64,000 nt of DNA from Lama guanicoe (Eukaryota): the NCBI GenBank assembly GCA_013239625.1, contig MU054187.1, positions 23,870,795 through 23,934,794 of the forward strand, written 5' to 3'. Of the stretch, positions 1 to 13,499 are shown piece after piece (the first letter of the stretch is position 1; each line of letters begins with the position of its first letter). A program made the translations under genes and the position numbers. A model generated the notes under the pieces. That model saw only the letters and a program-made list of their open reading frames with translations. It had not been told where the DNA came from and did not search any database.

Positions 1-75
1 ATTTATATGACTCAAACATTATGCTGTACACTAGAAATTGACATTGTAACTGACTATACTAAATAAATTTTAAAA
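1..75 (+). mobile_element. 3' tail of a young lineage-specific L1, cut by the window start
   Basis: 'tgctgtacactagaaattgacattgtaactgactatact' plus an A-rich end; the same tail occurs at 30950-30995. Confidence 0.75.
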
Positions 76-99
76 ACCACAAATGCTAATCAAAAAATT

Positions 100-1120
100 T
101 AATCATAGTTATTTTATATTGTGATAATTCTAAAGTCTGTGCCATATCTGTCTAGTTATGATACTTTCTCTCTTCAGACTATTTTTCTTCATGCCTTGTA
201 ATTTTTTGTTGAAATCTGGATATGATATATTGGGTAATATAAAATGTGGTAAATAGATCTTTAGTGTGAGGTATTATCTTAATCTGATTAGGAGTTGGGC
301 TATATTTAATGTTTGCTATAGATATAGGTGTCCTTATTTTTCCTCCCTTATTTTAAGTTTCCCTAAGAAGTTCCTTCTTTCATGGAATTTGTACCTTGTA
401 GCTCTCTCGGCTACACTTCACTGTAATTATGCTGTACCTCTGTTGATACTGCAGTAGATAAAATAAATTTATAATCTTATAATCAAATTTTAGTCTTTTA
501 ATGGATTTGTGTCTCTGGACTGTGACCTTCACAGGGTTTCTCAGCTTTCATTCCTTTTTCAGATGAGACAAGAAGTTTAGAAGAAGATGAACTTGGGCAG
601 TTTCCCGTCCCTATTTTGGATAAGGCTATGTTAAGTTCTTTTCTTCTGAGTAAGCCTTTATTATAGAGAATATTCTGGGATTAACTTCTAAATAATTACT
701 TTTCCCTTCCCTCTTCCAAAACAGGGTAATTTTTCTTGACATTCCATGTTGAGAACGTGGTGGGCACTCCTGGAGTTGAAACCCATGAAAGTGTGGGGGC
801 CCCACTAAAAGAGAAGCCTCCAGGAGTTTCTCACTCTCATGCTAATCCATACAATGCCTCCTACAAGTTGTCAGTTACTGTTTAAATGTGACTACCATTT
901 TAATGCCCCACAAGTTCTACCCCAGTTAAGCTATTGACTGTAATTCACTGTGTTCACATGTCTCCATAGATTTCAGGGTGATAATTTGCCTTATAACCAC
1001 AATTCTTTGAAAGGTTCAAGAAAAGTCAATGGTTTTCAGTTTGTTTAGCTTTTTTTTTCTCATGATGCAAGTATGAACATCCAAACTCTTTACATGTCAG
1101 AGTTGAAGCTGGAAGTTCTA
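100..1120 (-). mobile_element. Old, degraded L1 (L1M-type 5'/ORF1-region remnant)
   Basis: T-rich strand bias and motifs resembling old L1 5' regions; boundaries approximate. Confidence 0.4.
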
Positions 1121-1641
1121 TGTTGCCATTTCTGCATACTTTATTTGTGTATCTCTTTTAGATCATTGAATTTTGTCATGAAGTGTTGTTTTTAAAGTAG
1201 GGTTTATTATTAGTGTGACTGTAAATGTTATTGTCCAAATCAAAATGTTTAATTATGAAAATGAAAACTCTTAATACAAATATAGAACTACAGATGTAAA
1301 TGGTTCTTGTCCAACTGTGACATAGGGTCCCCATACTTTATCTGAGTTTTACATATTTGAGATTATTTGTTTGTTTTTAAAAAATATATAAATGCCAATT
1401 TTCTTGATCCCGTATCATGACATTCAGGAATTTCTGGACAAAGGTTGACTATATATCCATTGAATTTTGGATATTAAAAATTCTGAGTTTGGATTGATTT
1501 TTTTCCTCCTAAGTGACGTATTTCTCCATAGGACTTTTTATCAATATATGTTTACTAGTGAATCATTTTTACTGGTGTGTCAATTTTCCTAGGACATGAT
1601 TTCTTTTAATCTGTAGTTTCAGCTATTTCTTTACACTTGTA

Positions 1642-1875
1642 CAGTTGACCCTTGAACGATATAGGTTCACTGTGTAGATCCACTGATAGGTGGATTTTTT
1701 TCAATAAATATGCAGTTGGCTCTCTGGACTCACCTGTTTCACATCTGTGGATACAAAGGGCCAATGTATTCATTGTGCAATGCCATTTTATATGAGACAC
1801 TTGAGCATCTGCAGATTTTCGTGTATAGCAAGGGAATCCTGAAAGCAATCCCCTGTGGATATTGAGGAATAACCA
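1642..1875 (+). mobile_element. MER8-like non-autonomous TcMar-Tigger DNA transposon
   Basis: Starts 'cagttgacccttgaac', contains 'ccattttatatgagacacttgagcatctgcagatttt', ends 'cccctgtggatattgaggaataacca'; flanked by TA on both sides; 234 bp. Confidence 0.8.
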
Positions 1876-4800
1876 TATATGTATATACTTGATTATATGT
1901 GTGTGTTTATGTAAATTACATCTTTCATTTATCTATTTGCTTCCGGTTCTATTTGATTTTATTTCTCTGGAATATAAACTATGCTTACTTGGATCTCCTT
2001 TTCCTTCTATATCTACTATCATTTTTCTGATTCTGTTTTTTTTTCTTAAATCCTATTCTGTTTTGTAGAACTTTTTAAAGATGATCTGCATGCCTTTGAT
2101 GATAATACTTTTATGTTGGCTTTATTGATAACTTGATTTTTCTTTTTAGATATTTTATCTAAGTCTATTGGACCACATCTACTCTTCTTATTTTATTAAT
2201 CATTTACTCTTTAATATCCTGCACTTTGTCTTTGATAATTTTTTTCATGATGTTGACGTGTCATCATTAATTTTTTGAGTATGAAGAACTATATGTCTAA
2301 AAATTGAGGGGGGGATTACTCAATCTACTGATGTTTATAATTCAATCAAAATATATTTTTGGATTGGTTTAAAGGATCATCCTTTTAGGTTATTATTTCT
2401 CTTTAAAGAGAGCAGATCCATTTAAGCCAACACTTTACAGAAGAATTGAGAAGGGGATGCAGGCAGAGGTTTGAGTTAGAAACTTTATTTCTTTCTTCTC
2501 TGATAACACTCCCACAGATTTATGATATTTTTATCCTGGTTGCATATCTCCCTTCATTTTACTGAATCACCTCCATTGGGGTAATAGATTAATGTGATTG
2601 ATGGAGAAACCCTTATACATTCTGCATATATGTAATGATTTGTTATCTGTACTTATTAGGCTGTCTCTGGTCAGCACTGATAAAGCATATTATGTTTTCT
2701 TTTCCTCCTTCAGCTCTTTTTTAATTTTTGCCATTTTGAATTGAGGCACAGAAAGATGTTCCTGCTTGTCTTCTTCCAAACTGAACTACTGGATTTAAAT
2801 CAAAGGTACCTTTGATGAGGCTTTCAAGACTAGGTTTAGAAAAATCAGCATCTTGCCTGAGGACAAGATGGCATGTATAGTTCTATTTCATCTTCTTGAC
2901 TTGGGCACAAATTCTATTTTGTGTGGCAGGTATTGTTTATTGTGATTTGTAGTTGCTGCCATTTTGTTCTCTTTTTATTTTACTGGGTTATCATCAGTTG
3001 GTTTTAAGGGAGGAGAGTGAAACAAAAATACTCTGCCACATTTGTAGCATCAAGAGAAAGCTTAGGGAAAGACTTGCAACATCTCATAATACCTCTCAGT
3101 CCACACCCTTAATTAATAACTAAGTAACAGTTGTGCACTATGCAAGTTCTTTGGCCTTCCACCTGGACTGCCCTGACCTTTGTTCAAAATCACTCAGTTC
3201 TTCTTCAAAGAGGTTTACTCATTATAAGGCCCTATGTATCCTATGAGACAGTCATTCCATTTATAAGCATTTAGTATTATAACAATATTAAAAATTAATA
3301 GGTAAAATAATATAAGTATATAAATAATATTAAGTACTAAAATGTAGTACAAAAATGTGTCTAAATGTTCTAGTATATGGGTAAAAGGAATAAGAGAAGT
3401 ATATTTCTTTTATAAATAAAACAAAAATGTATGTGGATATATATATAGTGGATAAGATATATATATAATATATCTCCTTATATATACACTTAATATCCCT
3501 ATACTTGTGTATCTAAATGTTCTTTTGTATGACCATATTTTTGTACTTAATATTCTGAGAGCATTTCATAGCAATATATTACAGTATATCTTTGCAATAT
3601 ATCTCTCTTGTATAATATTCAATTAGATAGATACACAATACTTTACTGACTCCATGCTATACTGGTATAAGTTTACCTTGTTTTTAATATTCTGATATTG
3701 TCAATGTGCTTTTTTGAATACTCTTGTTTATAAGTAATTTTGCATGCAAGTACTTCTGTAGGATACACTTTCATAAGCTCACCACAGAGTTGTCAAAATT
3801 TACTTTTAAAACATAAGTAAATACTATAAAAACTATTTTTAGAACTTTGCAATTTGTGAATAGTGGAGCAAAATCTTTAGGGATTAGGAGAAAAAAGAAA
3901 GAACAGTGAGAAAAAATAATGCACTGAAATAGCCTGCTTCAGACTTAAAGTATGAAAATAAAAATTGCATCTAATTCCATGGTCATTAAAAGAAATTATT
4001 CAAGGCTGCTTTCAAGACACTTTTGAGCCATAGTTGATTTTCATTTGTAACAAGCTAAGAAATGCCAAGTGTAATTAGTACACAACTAGGGAGTAACTTA
4101 AATTCATTTAGTAAGTGCAAAAATAGCTCAAGGTTTTCTGCATGATTATCTCAGATGAACTGGGGTAGTTAACGAATTTCCACGAATGGCAGAGAGGTAA
4201 TAGACAGTTCCCATCAGAAGACTCAACTATTCATTTTTTAAAATATTTCTTATTTATGACAATCACAAAAAAATCTGAGCTAGAGTTGTACAGAAATTGT
4301 ATTGACTGAAATTATTCCCCTGCAAAAAAAGAGAACTGTAACATCGTTCAATAAAAACAGAAGCTGTAACAGTCTTTTGAACATATCTCAAATGTAGGTA
4401 GCAATGTACTAGAAGGCACACCCTAAAAATATCTTTTCATAGTTGTTGGGGATTTGAAGTAAAATTTAAACTGGAAATTCTTACCTGCAGCTACCAACAA
4501 GTAGTTAGTGTAAAGCTGCACTGAGAGGCAATGTAAGCAGTTTGCTATAAGAAGACGTGGACACCCAAGCACAGAGGGGTGACACTGGTGGTGGTGGTGG
4601 TGGCTGTGATGCTTGTGTTTGGAAAGCTTGTTCTAGCTGCATTCAGAGCACTGGTTTAGGAGTCTACAAATTATCCCAATGCACTAGTACAATTTTTAAA
4701 TTTAACACATAGATAAAATAAACTTTGATAAGTACAAAAGAATTATCGATACATTTAGAGAGAGAAAATATATGTACAAGACAAAGCCTTAGAAAATTTT

Positions 4801-7662
4801 CTTTCGGCTATCCAGATAACCCTTTACAAAAAAAATTTGTGAGATAATCATTATTTGCCCCACTATATAGATGATGAACTGAAGTTTCCTTCTCCAAGTA
4901 TAAACTGCAACAGATCCAAGGTCAAACCCAGAAGATGTACTCTAGCTGTTGTAAATTGAATTTATTGAATGAGGACTAAATGCATCTCACTTGTAGATGA
5001 CGAGAAAGGCACATTCTCTTTCCTCAAAGAGCAGTGGACAAACCCACAGTTCATTTTTATTGAGTTATAATTGACATATAACACTATTTTAGTTTCAGAC
5101 AACATAATGACCCAATATTTGTGTATATTGTGAATGATCATTGTAGTAAGTCTAGTTAACATCCATCACAATATATAGTTACAAAAATTTTTTCTTGTGA
5201 TGGGAACTTTTAAGATGTACTCCCTTGTAACTTACAAATATACAGTACAATATTAACTGTAGTCACCTTGTAGTATATTACACTTTCATGATAATTATTT
5301 TATAGCTGGAAGATTGTACTTCTTAATTCTCTTTACTCATTTTGTCTACCTCACACTCCCAAACTCTAGCAACCCCCAATCTGTTATCTGTAATCATGAG
5401 ATTGTTTTTTATTGTTGTTGTTGTTACTCTATTTGTTTTCTTTTTTTTTACATTCCACATATAAGTGAAATCATATGGTATTTCTCATTCTCTGATTATT
5501 TCATTTAAGCATAAGTCGCATCTATGTTGCAATTGGCAAGATTTTCTTTTTATGGCTGAATTTACTATTCCCCTATTATTTATATTTAGTATAAAGAATA
5601 CAAATACATATGATATAAAATTTATTTGTATTTTATATAAAGAAAATGTCCACCATTGGTGGGCAATTAGGTTACTTTCATGTCTTGGCTATTGTAAATA
5701 ATGCTGCAACAAACATGGGAGTGCATAGGTCTTTTTCAATTGGTGTTTTAATTAGATAAATACCCAGAAGAGGAATTGCTGATCATATGGTAGTTCCATT
5801 ATTAATATTTTGAGGAACTTCCTTACTGTTTCTATAGTGATTTCAACAATTTGCATTCCCACCAATACAGCACCAGAGTCCCCTGTTCTTGACATTCTTG
5901 CCAACACTCGGTGTTTCTTGTCTTTTCAATAATAGCTATTCTGACAAGTCTGAGATGATATCTCATTGTGGTTTTGATTTGTATTTCCCTGGTGATTAAG
6001 ATATTGGGCATCTTTTCAAGTGTCTGTTGACTTTCTGTATGTCTTCTTTGAAAAAATATCTATTCAGGTCCTCTGCCCATTTTTTAATTGGGGTGTTTAT
6101 TGATGAATTGTATGAGTTTTTTAATATATATATTGGCTATCAGTGTCTTATTGGATATGTTATTCGCAAATATCTTCTCCCATTCATTGTGTTGCCTTTT
6201 CATTTTGTTAGTGGTTTCCTTCACTGTGTAAGAGCTTTTTCATTTGATGAGGTCTTGTTTGTTTATTTTTACTTTTGTGGCACTTGCTTGAAGAGAAATA
6301 TCCAAAAGATGCTGCTAAAACCAATGTCAAAGAGCATAGTGCTATGCTATGGTTTCTTCTAGGAATTTTATGGTTTCAAGTCTTACATTTAAGTCTTTAG
6401 TTCATTTGGAGTTTATTGTTGTATATAATGTAAAAAAAAAAGTGGTCCAGTTTTTATTCTTTTGCATGTAGTTGTCCAGTTTTCCCAACACTATTTACTG
6501 AATAAACTATTTTCCCCATTATATATTCTTGCCTACTTTTTCCTAGATTAATTGACTATATGAGGAGTGAATTCATTTCTGGGGTCTCTATTTTTTCCCA
6601 TTGATTTACGTGTCCATTATTGTGCCAGTCAGATACCATATTGATTACTCTAGCTTTGTAGCATAGTTTCAAGCCTGGGACTGTGATATCGCCTCCATTT
6701 TTGTTCTTTATTAAGATGATTTTGACTATTTGGGGTCTTTTGTGATTCCACACAAAATATAGGTTTCATTGTTCTAATTTTGTGAAAATTTTCATTTATA
6801 TTTTGATAAGAATTGCATTGAATCTGTAGATTGCTGTAAGTAGTATAGACATTTTAATAATATTGTTTGTTCCAAACAAATGAAAATGAAATGTCTTTCC
6901 ATTTATTTGTGCATTCTTCAATTTCTTTCCTCAGTGTCTTAGAGTTTTCAGAGTCAGAGTGTAAAAGTTTTTTACCTCCTTGATTAAGTTAATTTCTACA
7001 TATTTTATTCCTTTTTGATCCAGTAGCAAATGGAATTATTTTCTTAATTTTTCTTTTTGATAGTTTGTTACTAGTGTATAAAAATGTGACAGATTTATGT
7101 TTATAGATTTTGTATCCTGCAACTTTACTGAATTAGTTGTTTAAACTAATGAGTTTTTATGGTGTTTTCAGGGTTTTCTATATATAGTAGCATGTCACCT
7201 TCAAATAGTGACAGTTTTGCTTCTTCCTTTCCAATTTGGATGACTTCTATTTATTTTTCTTGCCTAATTGCTCTGGCAAGGGCATCCAGTACTATGATGA
7301 ATAAAAGGAGAAAGTGAGTATCCTTGTCTTGCTCCTGATCTTGGAGGAAAAACAGTCAGCTTCTTGATACTGAGTATGATGTTATCTGTGGGCTTGTCAT
7401 TTTTGGTCTTTATTGTGTTGTGGCAACTTCCCATTATATCCACTTTGTTGAGAGGTTTTTTTTTTTAACCATTAGTGCATGTTGAATTTTGTCAAATGCT
7501 TTTACTGCATGCATCAAAGTGATCACATGTATTTTTTTTTATTCTTCATTCTGCTAACATGGTGTTGGTTTGGTTGACTTGCAGATATTGAATTCTCTAA
7601 GCATTCCTGTTATAAATTCTACTGATCATGACATATTCTTTTAATGTTACTGAATTTAATTT

Positions 7663-8289
7663 TTTAATTTAATTTTTTTTTTATTTTTTAAATTAAAGTG
7701 TAGTCAGCTAATAATGTGTCAGTTTCTGGTACACAACACAATGCTTCAGCCGTACATACATATAATTGTCTTCGTATCTTTTTCATTATAGGTTACTAGC
7801 TGAACAAAGCTCCCTGTGCTATACAGAAGAAATCTATTTCACATATAGTAGTTAGTACTTACACACCTCAAACTCCCAGTTTATCCCTTCTCACTCCCTT
7901 ACCCCAACCCCAGTAACCATAAGTTTGCTTACTACGTCTTTGGGCCTGTTTCTGTTTTGTAGATAAGTTCATTAGTGTTTTCTTTCTTTTCTCTTTTTTT
8001 TTAGGTTCCACATATGAGTGACATAATAGTTTTTTTTTTTCTCTTCTCTTTCTGGCTTACTTCACTTAGAATGACTAACCCTCCTACACTGTTGGTGGGA
8101 ATGTAGCTTGGTGCAGCCATTATGGAAAATAGTATGAAGATTCCTCAAAAAACTAAAAATAGAGTTACTATATGACCCAGAAATCCCACTCTTGGACATA
8201 TATCTGGAGGGAACTCAAATTCAAAAAGATACACTCACCCCAATGTTTATAGTAGCACTATATAAAATTGCCCAGACATGGAAACAAAG
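7663..8289 (-). mobile_element. Younger 5'-truncated, 5'-inverted L1 nested in the large L1
   Basis: Poly-T then minus-strand L1 3'UTR to ~8076, then a plus-strand ORF2 C-terminal segment ('aaccctcctacactgttggtgggaatgtag...'). TSD tgttactgaatttaattt (7645-7662) / tgttatttaatttaattt (8290-8307). Confidence 0.88.
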
Positions 8290-10511
8290 TGTTATTTAAT
8301 TTAATTTGCTAACATTTTGTTGAGGACTTTTGCAACTATGATTATCTGGGATATTGGCCTGTAATTGTCTTTTATTGTGGTGTCTTTATCCAATTTTGAT
8401 ATCAAGGTATCAAGGTAATGCTGGCCTTATAAAATGTGTTTGGAGTATTTCTACCTCTTCTATTTTTTTGGAAAGTTTTGAGGAGGATTGTTATTAATTC
8501 CTCTTTAAATATTTTGTTCAACTTACCAGTGAGACCTGGACTTTGGTTTGTTGAGATATGCTTGATTACTGATTCAGTCTTCTCATAATCAGTCTGTTCA
8601 GATATTCTATTCTTTATGATATAATCTTAGTAAGTTTTATATTTCTAGGAATTTATTCATTTTTTCTAGGTTTTTGGTGTATAATTTTTTGTAGTAGTCT
8701 CTTATGACCTGTTATATTTCTGTGATAACAGTTGTAAAGTCTTCTGTTTTATTTCTAATTTTCTTTATTTGAATCGCCTCTCATTTTTTCCCTTTGGAGA
8801 GTCTAGTCTAGCTAGTTTTGTCAGTATTGTTTATCTTTTCAACAAAATAGCTCTTAAGTTTTGTTGATATTTTATATTTTTAGTCTCTTATTTATTTCCA
8901 GTCTGATCTTTGTAATTTCCTTTCTTTTAACTTCGAGCTCAATTTGTTTTTGTTTTGTTTTTAACAGATTCTTAAGTTGCAAATTTAGGTGTCTTTTTTT
9001 TTTTTTTGAGATTTTCCTTGTTTCTTGAAGTAGGCATCTATTGCTATGTTTGGATTTCATTTGCAGAGAATACCTTTCCATCCATTCACTTTCAGTCTGT
9101 CTCCATCCTTACAGCTGAAGCAGGTCTCTTGCAGGCACTGCATAGGTGGGTCTTGTTTTATCCTGCCACTCTGTGTCTTTTGGTTGGAGAATTTAGTCCA
9201 TTTGCATTTAAAATAATTCTTAATAGGTTATGTGCTTGTTGCCATTTTGTTGATTGTATTGGGGTTGTTTTGCGTCCTCTGTTCCTTTCTTCTTCTTTTT
9301 CTCTCTTCCTCTGTGATTTGATGATTTTCTGTAGTGGTATGCTTATATTCCTTTCCATTTATCTTTTTTTCTTTTAATTTTCTAAAGGTTTTTGCTTGGT
9401 GGTTGACATGAGGTTTACACACAAAAACTCATATTTATAACAGTCTATTTTAAGTTGATAATAGTTAAAATTTGAACACATTTTAAAGCTTTACATTTTA
9501 TTCTCCCCACTCTCATGTTTTATGTTTTTGATGTCATGATTTAAATTTTGTGCATTCTTTAACAAATTATTATAGTTACACTTACTTTTATTATTTCTGC
9601 CATTTAATTGTCCTAATGGCTTTATAAGTGCTGAATTCACCACCTTATAATATTAGATTACTTTGAATTTTAATATGTATTTACCTTTACCAGTGAGATT
9701 TATATTTTCATATGTTTTCTTATACTTATTAGCACCTTTTCATTTCATTTTAAACAAGATCCTTTAATATTTCTTGTAAATCTGATTTAGTGTTCTTTAG
9801 CTTTTGGTTGCCTGGAAAACTGTCTATCCTCAATTCCAGATAAAAATGTGCCAGGTAGGGTATTGGTTGAAATTTTTTTCCCCTTTCAATGCCTTAAATA
9901 TACTGTGCCATTCTTTTTTGGCTTACAAAAGTTTTTCTAAAAAGAAATCTGTTGACAGTTTTATGGAGTTTCCCTTGTACATAACAAGTTGGTTTTCTCA
10001 TGCTGTTTTTAAGATTCTTTCCATGTCTTTAACTTTCGACATTTTAATTATAACATGTCTTGATGGAAATATCTTTGGGTTCATTTTATTCAGAACTCTC
10101 TAGGCTTTTGTATCTGTTTCCTCCCTCAGGTCATGGAAGTTGTTAGCCATTATTTCTTTAAATAAGCTTCCTTCCCTTTTCTCTCTATCTTTCTGGGGCC
10201 CCTATAATCCAAATGTTGTTTCTGCTTAATGTCCCAGAAGCCCCTTAAACTAAATTCACTTTTTTCATTCTTTTTCCTTTTTGTTGATCTGATTAGGTGA
10301 GTTCCCCTGCCCTGTCTTGGAGTTCATTGATTCTTTCTGTTATTTATATGGTCTGCTGTTGAAATCCTCTAGTGCATTTTTCAGCTCGGTTGTGTTTTCC
10401 AGCTTTGTGACTTCTATTTCATACTTTCTTATATTTTCTATCCCTTCTTTGAAGTTCTCATTGTGTTCATCTGTTCTTCTCCTGAGCTAAGTGAGTTCCT
10501 ATATAATCATT

Positions 10512-10933
10512 TTTATTCTTTAGCTTTTTAAACTTACATAGTTATCAAAGGAATAAAGCCAACTACAAAATAAGAATCAACACAATGCAATAATCCAATC
10601 ATAAAGGGCAGTCAAATGTGCTTACACATATTCAAGAAATCAATCATCTAAGTTATAAATAATAACTAGTTCATTTGTGTCCTTATTATTATTATTTAGA
10701 TTCCTCATATAAATGATGTATTATGGCATTTTTCTTTCTCTTTCTGGCCCACTTCACTTAGAATAACAATCTTCAGGTCTATCCATATTGCTGCAAATAG
10801 CATTATTTTATTCTTTTTTATGGCTGAGTAGTGTTCCATTGTATATATGTACCACATCTTTATCCAGTCATCTGTTGATGTCCATGTCTTGGCTATCATA
10901 AATAGTGCTGCAATGAACACTGGGGTGTATGTT
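10512..10933 (-). mobile_element. Younger truncated L1 fragment (10668-10933) joined to a non-L1 3' segment (10512-10667), nested in the large L1
   Basis: ORF 10705-10980 contains the L1 ORF2 C-terminus ('FIAALFMIAKTW...WYIYTMEHYSAIKKN'). The host sequence resumes at 'atcattattttgaactc', with a short duplicated 'atcatt'. Confidence 0.8.
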
Positions 10934-13499
10934 ATTATCATTATTTTGAACTCTTTATCAGGTAAAACATTTGTCTCCATTTCATTAAGGACATTTTCTA
11001 AGGTTTTATCTTGTTCTTTCCTCTGTCTCTTAATTTTTCTTGACTCTGGGTTGATTTCTACACATAAGATAAAACAGCTGCTTCAAGTCTTGAGAAAGTG
11101 GCCTTGTGCAGAAGATGAACCTTATCATTCAACCCTGCCCAAGCTCTCGGTCGTCTCTCAAACCTTTGTGATTGTCCAAGCACCCTAATTTATTTTTAGG
11201 GCTCTTGGTAGTTGACTATGTGTCAAGACCTATCAGTGTCCCAAAGAGGAGAATTTCAGCCAGTATCTAGATTCAGGTTGCTTGGAAGCCAGGTCATCAG
11301 ACAGCAGCTTTGAAGGTGTGCAAATACATGCATTCCCATGGGACCACAAGCATACATCCTGCCGATCACCAGAGCTAAGCAACCTAAAAGAAGACCCCCC
11401 CAGGAAGCAGTCACAGAAACCAGGGCGCCAGACGATTGCATAAACTCTTAGAGACACCAGTGACCTGTAGGGAGCAGAAGGAACCTACAAACACAGCGTC
11501 CAACAGCCTCTGTCTCCCGAGGGCACCTCAGCAGGCCCCAGATACGTGTCCAATCGGAAGCTTGCCCCTAAGGCCAAGTCTCCAGGACAAGCAACTAGGC
11601 CTCCTTCACAAAAGCTTGGGGCTGTGTTTCCATCTGCTGTCTGTGCTGCGCCCTGGGCTGGTACCAGCCAAGAACTGTCTCTCCATCTTTTACAGTGTGA
11701 TGGGACCCAGGAAGGCAGCTCTTGCAGGACACCAGAGCTGAGCAATCAAGGGACATCTCCTACATGACAGCCCTAAAAAACTGGGCACCAGTCATAAAAA
11801 ACAAGGCGTTAGATGTGAGTAAAAGCTCCCTTCTGGGAGCTACTGCTACTCTGGAGCATACAGAGAGGATACAGCAAAAGTACCCACTGTCTTAAGTCTC
11901 TGGAAAGGTTTGCAGTCAGTCTTTTGAGGTGAATTTCATTAGAAGCCTACACTTCAGGTCCCAGCTATGGAGATAAACTAATAGGCCTCCTTAACAGAAA
12001 AGCTGGTCTCTTTGCACTGCTGCCACTTACTGAACCCTGGGGGTGGTTGCCAGTTAGGAACTCTTTCTTCTTGGTTACTGTCCTATGGGACCTATAAGCA
12101 TATACACACCTGGCCACAAGAGTCAGACAATTTACAGGTGTTTCATGGAGGCAGCCACAAAAGTTGAGGGGCCATGGGAGGGCCTAAACTCCGTTCTGGG
12201 AGATAGCAGTGAGCTGGAGTAAGATAGATGGAAATCACAAAGATTGTATTCACCAGCCCCTGCTCCCTGACAATACCTCAATAAGCAACTATATGTGACA
12301 AACCAGAAGCCTCCCCCTTAGGTCAAAGCTCCAGCATAAACATACAAGGCCATTGTCACAGAAAGACTGAGGTGCATTTCAGTCTATCTGTGCAGTGCTC
12401 TGGTGGTGGTAGATGGCTGTCTAACTGTCTCTCTAACTGGTGCAGTATTAAGGGACACAGGAACACAAGCCCTGCTGGCCACCAGAGCCAGGCAAATCAA
12501 GGTGTGTCCCTTGGGTGGCACCAGACATAAAAATAGGGGACCAGATGCATATAAAACCTCCCTCCTGGAAGATCCTGGCATTTGGGGCATGATAGGTAGA
12601 AGGCACAGAGATAGTGCCCAGTAGGTGGGGGAGGATGGAGGAGAGAACACTGGCTGGCTGGAGTAAGGCAGAGGGAGGGTGCAACTATGACACTTGCAAG
12701 CCTCTGTCCCTGGAGGGTACCCAGCAGGCCCCTAGGTGGGTGTTGAATTGAATGCCTGCCCCTCAAGCTGACAATTTTAGATAAGCAAATAAGCCTTTTT
12801 CATAGAAAATTTGGCCACTTTTCAGATGGCTGTCTCTGTGCTGGTCCCTGGGCTGGGCAAGTCTGAGCACATGAGCCAGTTAGGACCTGTTTCTCAGTTT
12901 GCTGTAGCCTTGTGTGTCCAGTGAATGCAAGCCCCATTGGTTTTCAAAGCTAGACGCTTTTGAAGACTTGTTTCTCAGTGACAAGTTGTCTTCAGTGTGG
13001 AGATCAAGCCCTTCCTTCTTCAGGGAGGAACTCTGTTTTGGCTTCTTTCCTGATTATGGGACACTCTGCCGGAGGGACGTTTATGGTGAAATTTTTCCAG
13101 ACTCTCCTGCCTGCTTTGATGTAGTTCTTTGCCCCATGTGTAGGAATCGCTCAGCTAGTTTTGTTTTGGTTTTTGTTGTCCATAGGTAGCTGTAGATTCA
13201 GTGTGTCCATGGGGAGACGTGAGCTCAGGATCTCTCTACATAACCGTCTTGAACCAGCCCCCACAATTCAGTTTTATATCCATACTTTTATAGTTTTAAT
13301 TGTCTTAAGCAAAGATAAGAATTTATAGTACTTGTAGGTCCTTCAAAAAGAGTACATTTACTAAGTAGGATTTACTAACATTCAGTATTGTGGTTTCTTT
13401 TGTGCAATACTTTCTCTTTGGAGGTTGTGAAATTATATACAGTATAGCAATAAATGCAACTGTCAATTCAAAGAATAATTTAATGCAGAATAGGCTAAC

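Larger units (their letters stand above)
5058..13259 (-). mobile_element. Near full-length decayed L1 (5'UTR ~11.0-13.26 kb, ORF1 ~9.6-11.0 kb, ORF2 ~5.5-9.25 kb, 3'UTR to ~5.06 kb)
   Basis: ORF-track fragments are L1 ORF2-like ('IILNANGLNSPTKRHRVAG' = endonuclease start; 'WNHKRPQIVKIILIKNKNGGDITVPGLKLCYKA'). The 5' end reads 'cgtcttgaaccagcccc'. Candidate TSD cccacagttcatttt (5043-5057) / cccacaattcagttt (13260-13274). Many stops and frameshifts. Confidence 0.92.

Noticed and set aside
5058..13259. Active L1
   Set aside because: ORFs are fragmented, the endonuclease region is deleted, there are two nested insertions, and the 5'UTR is CpG-depleted.
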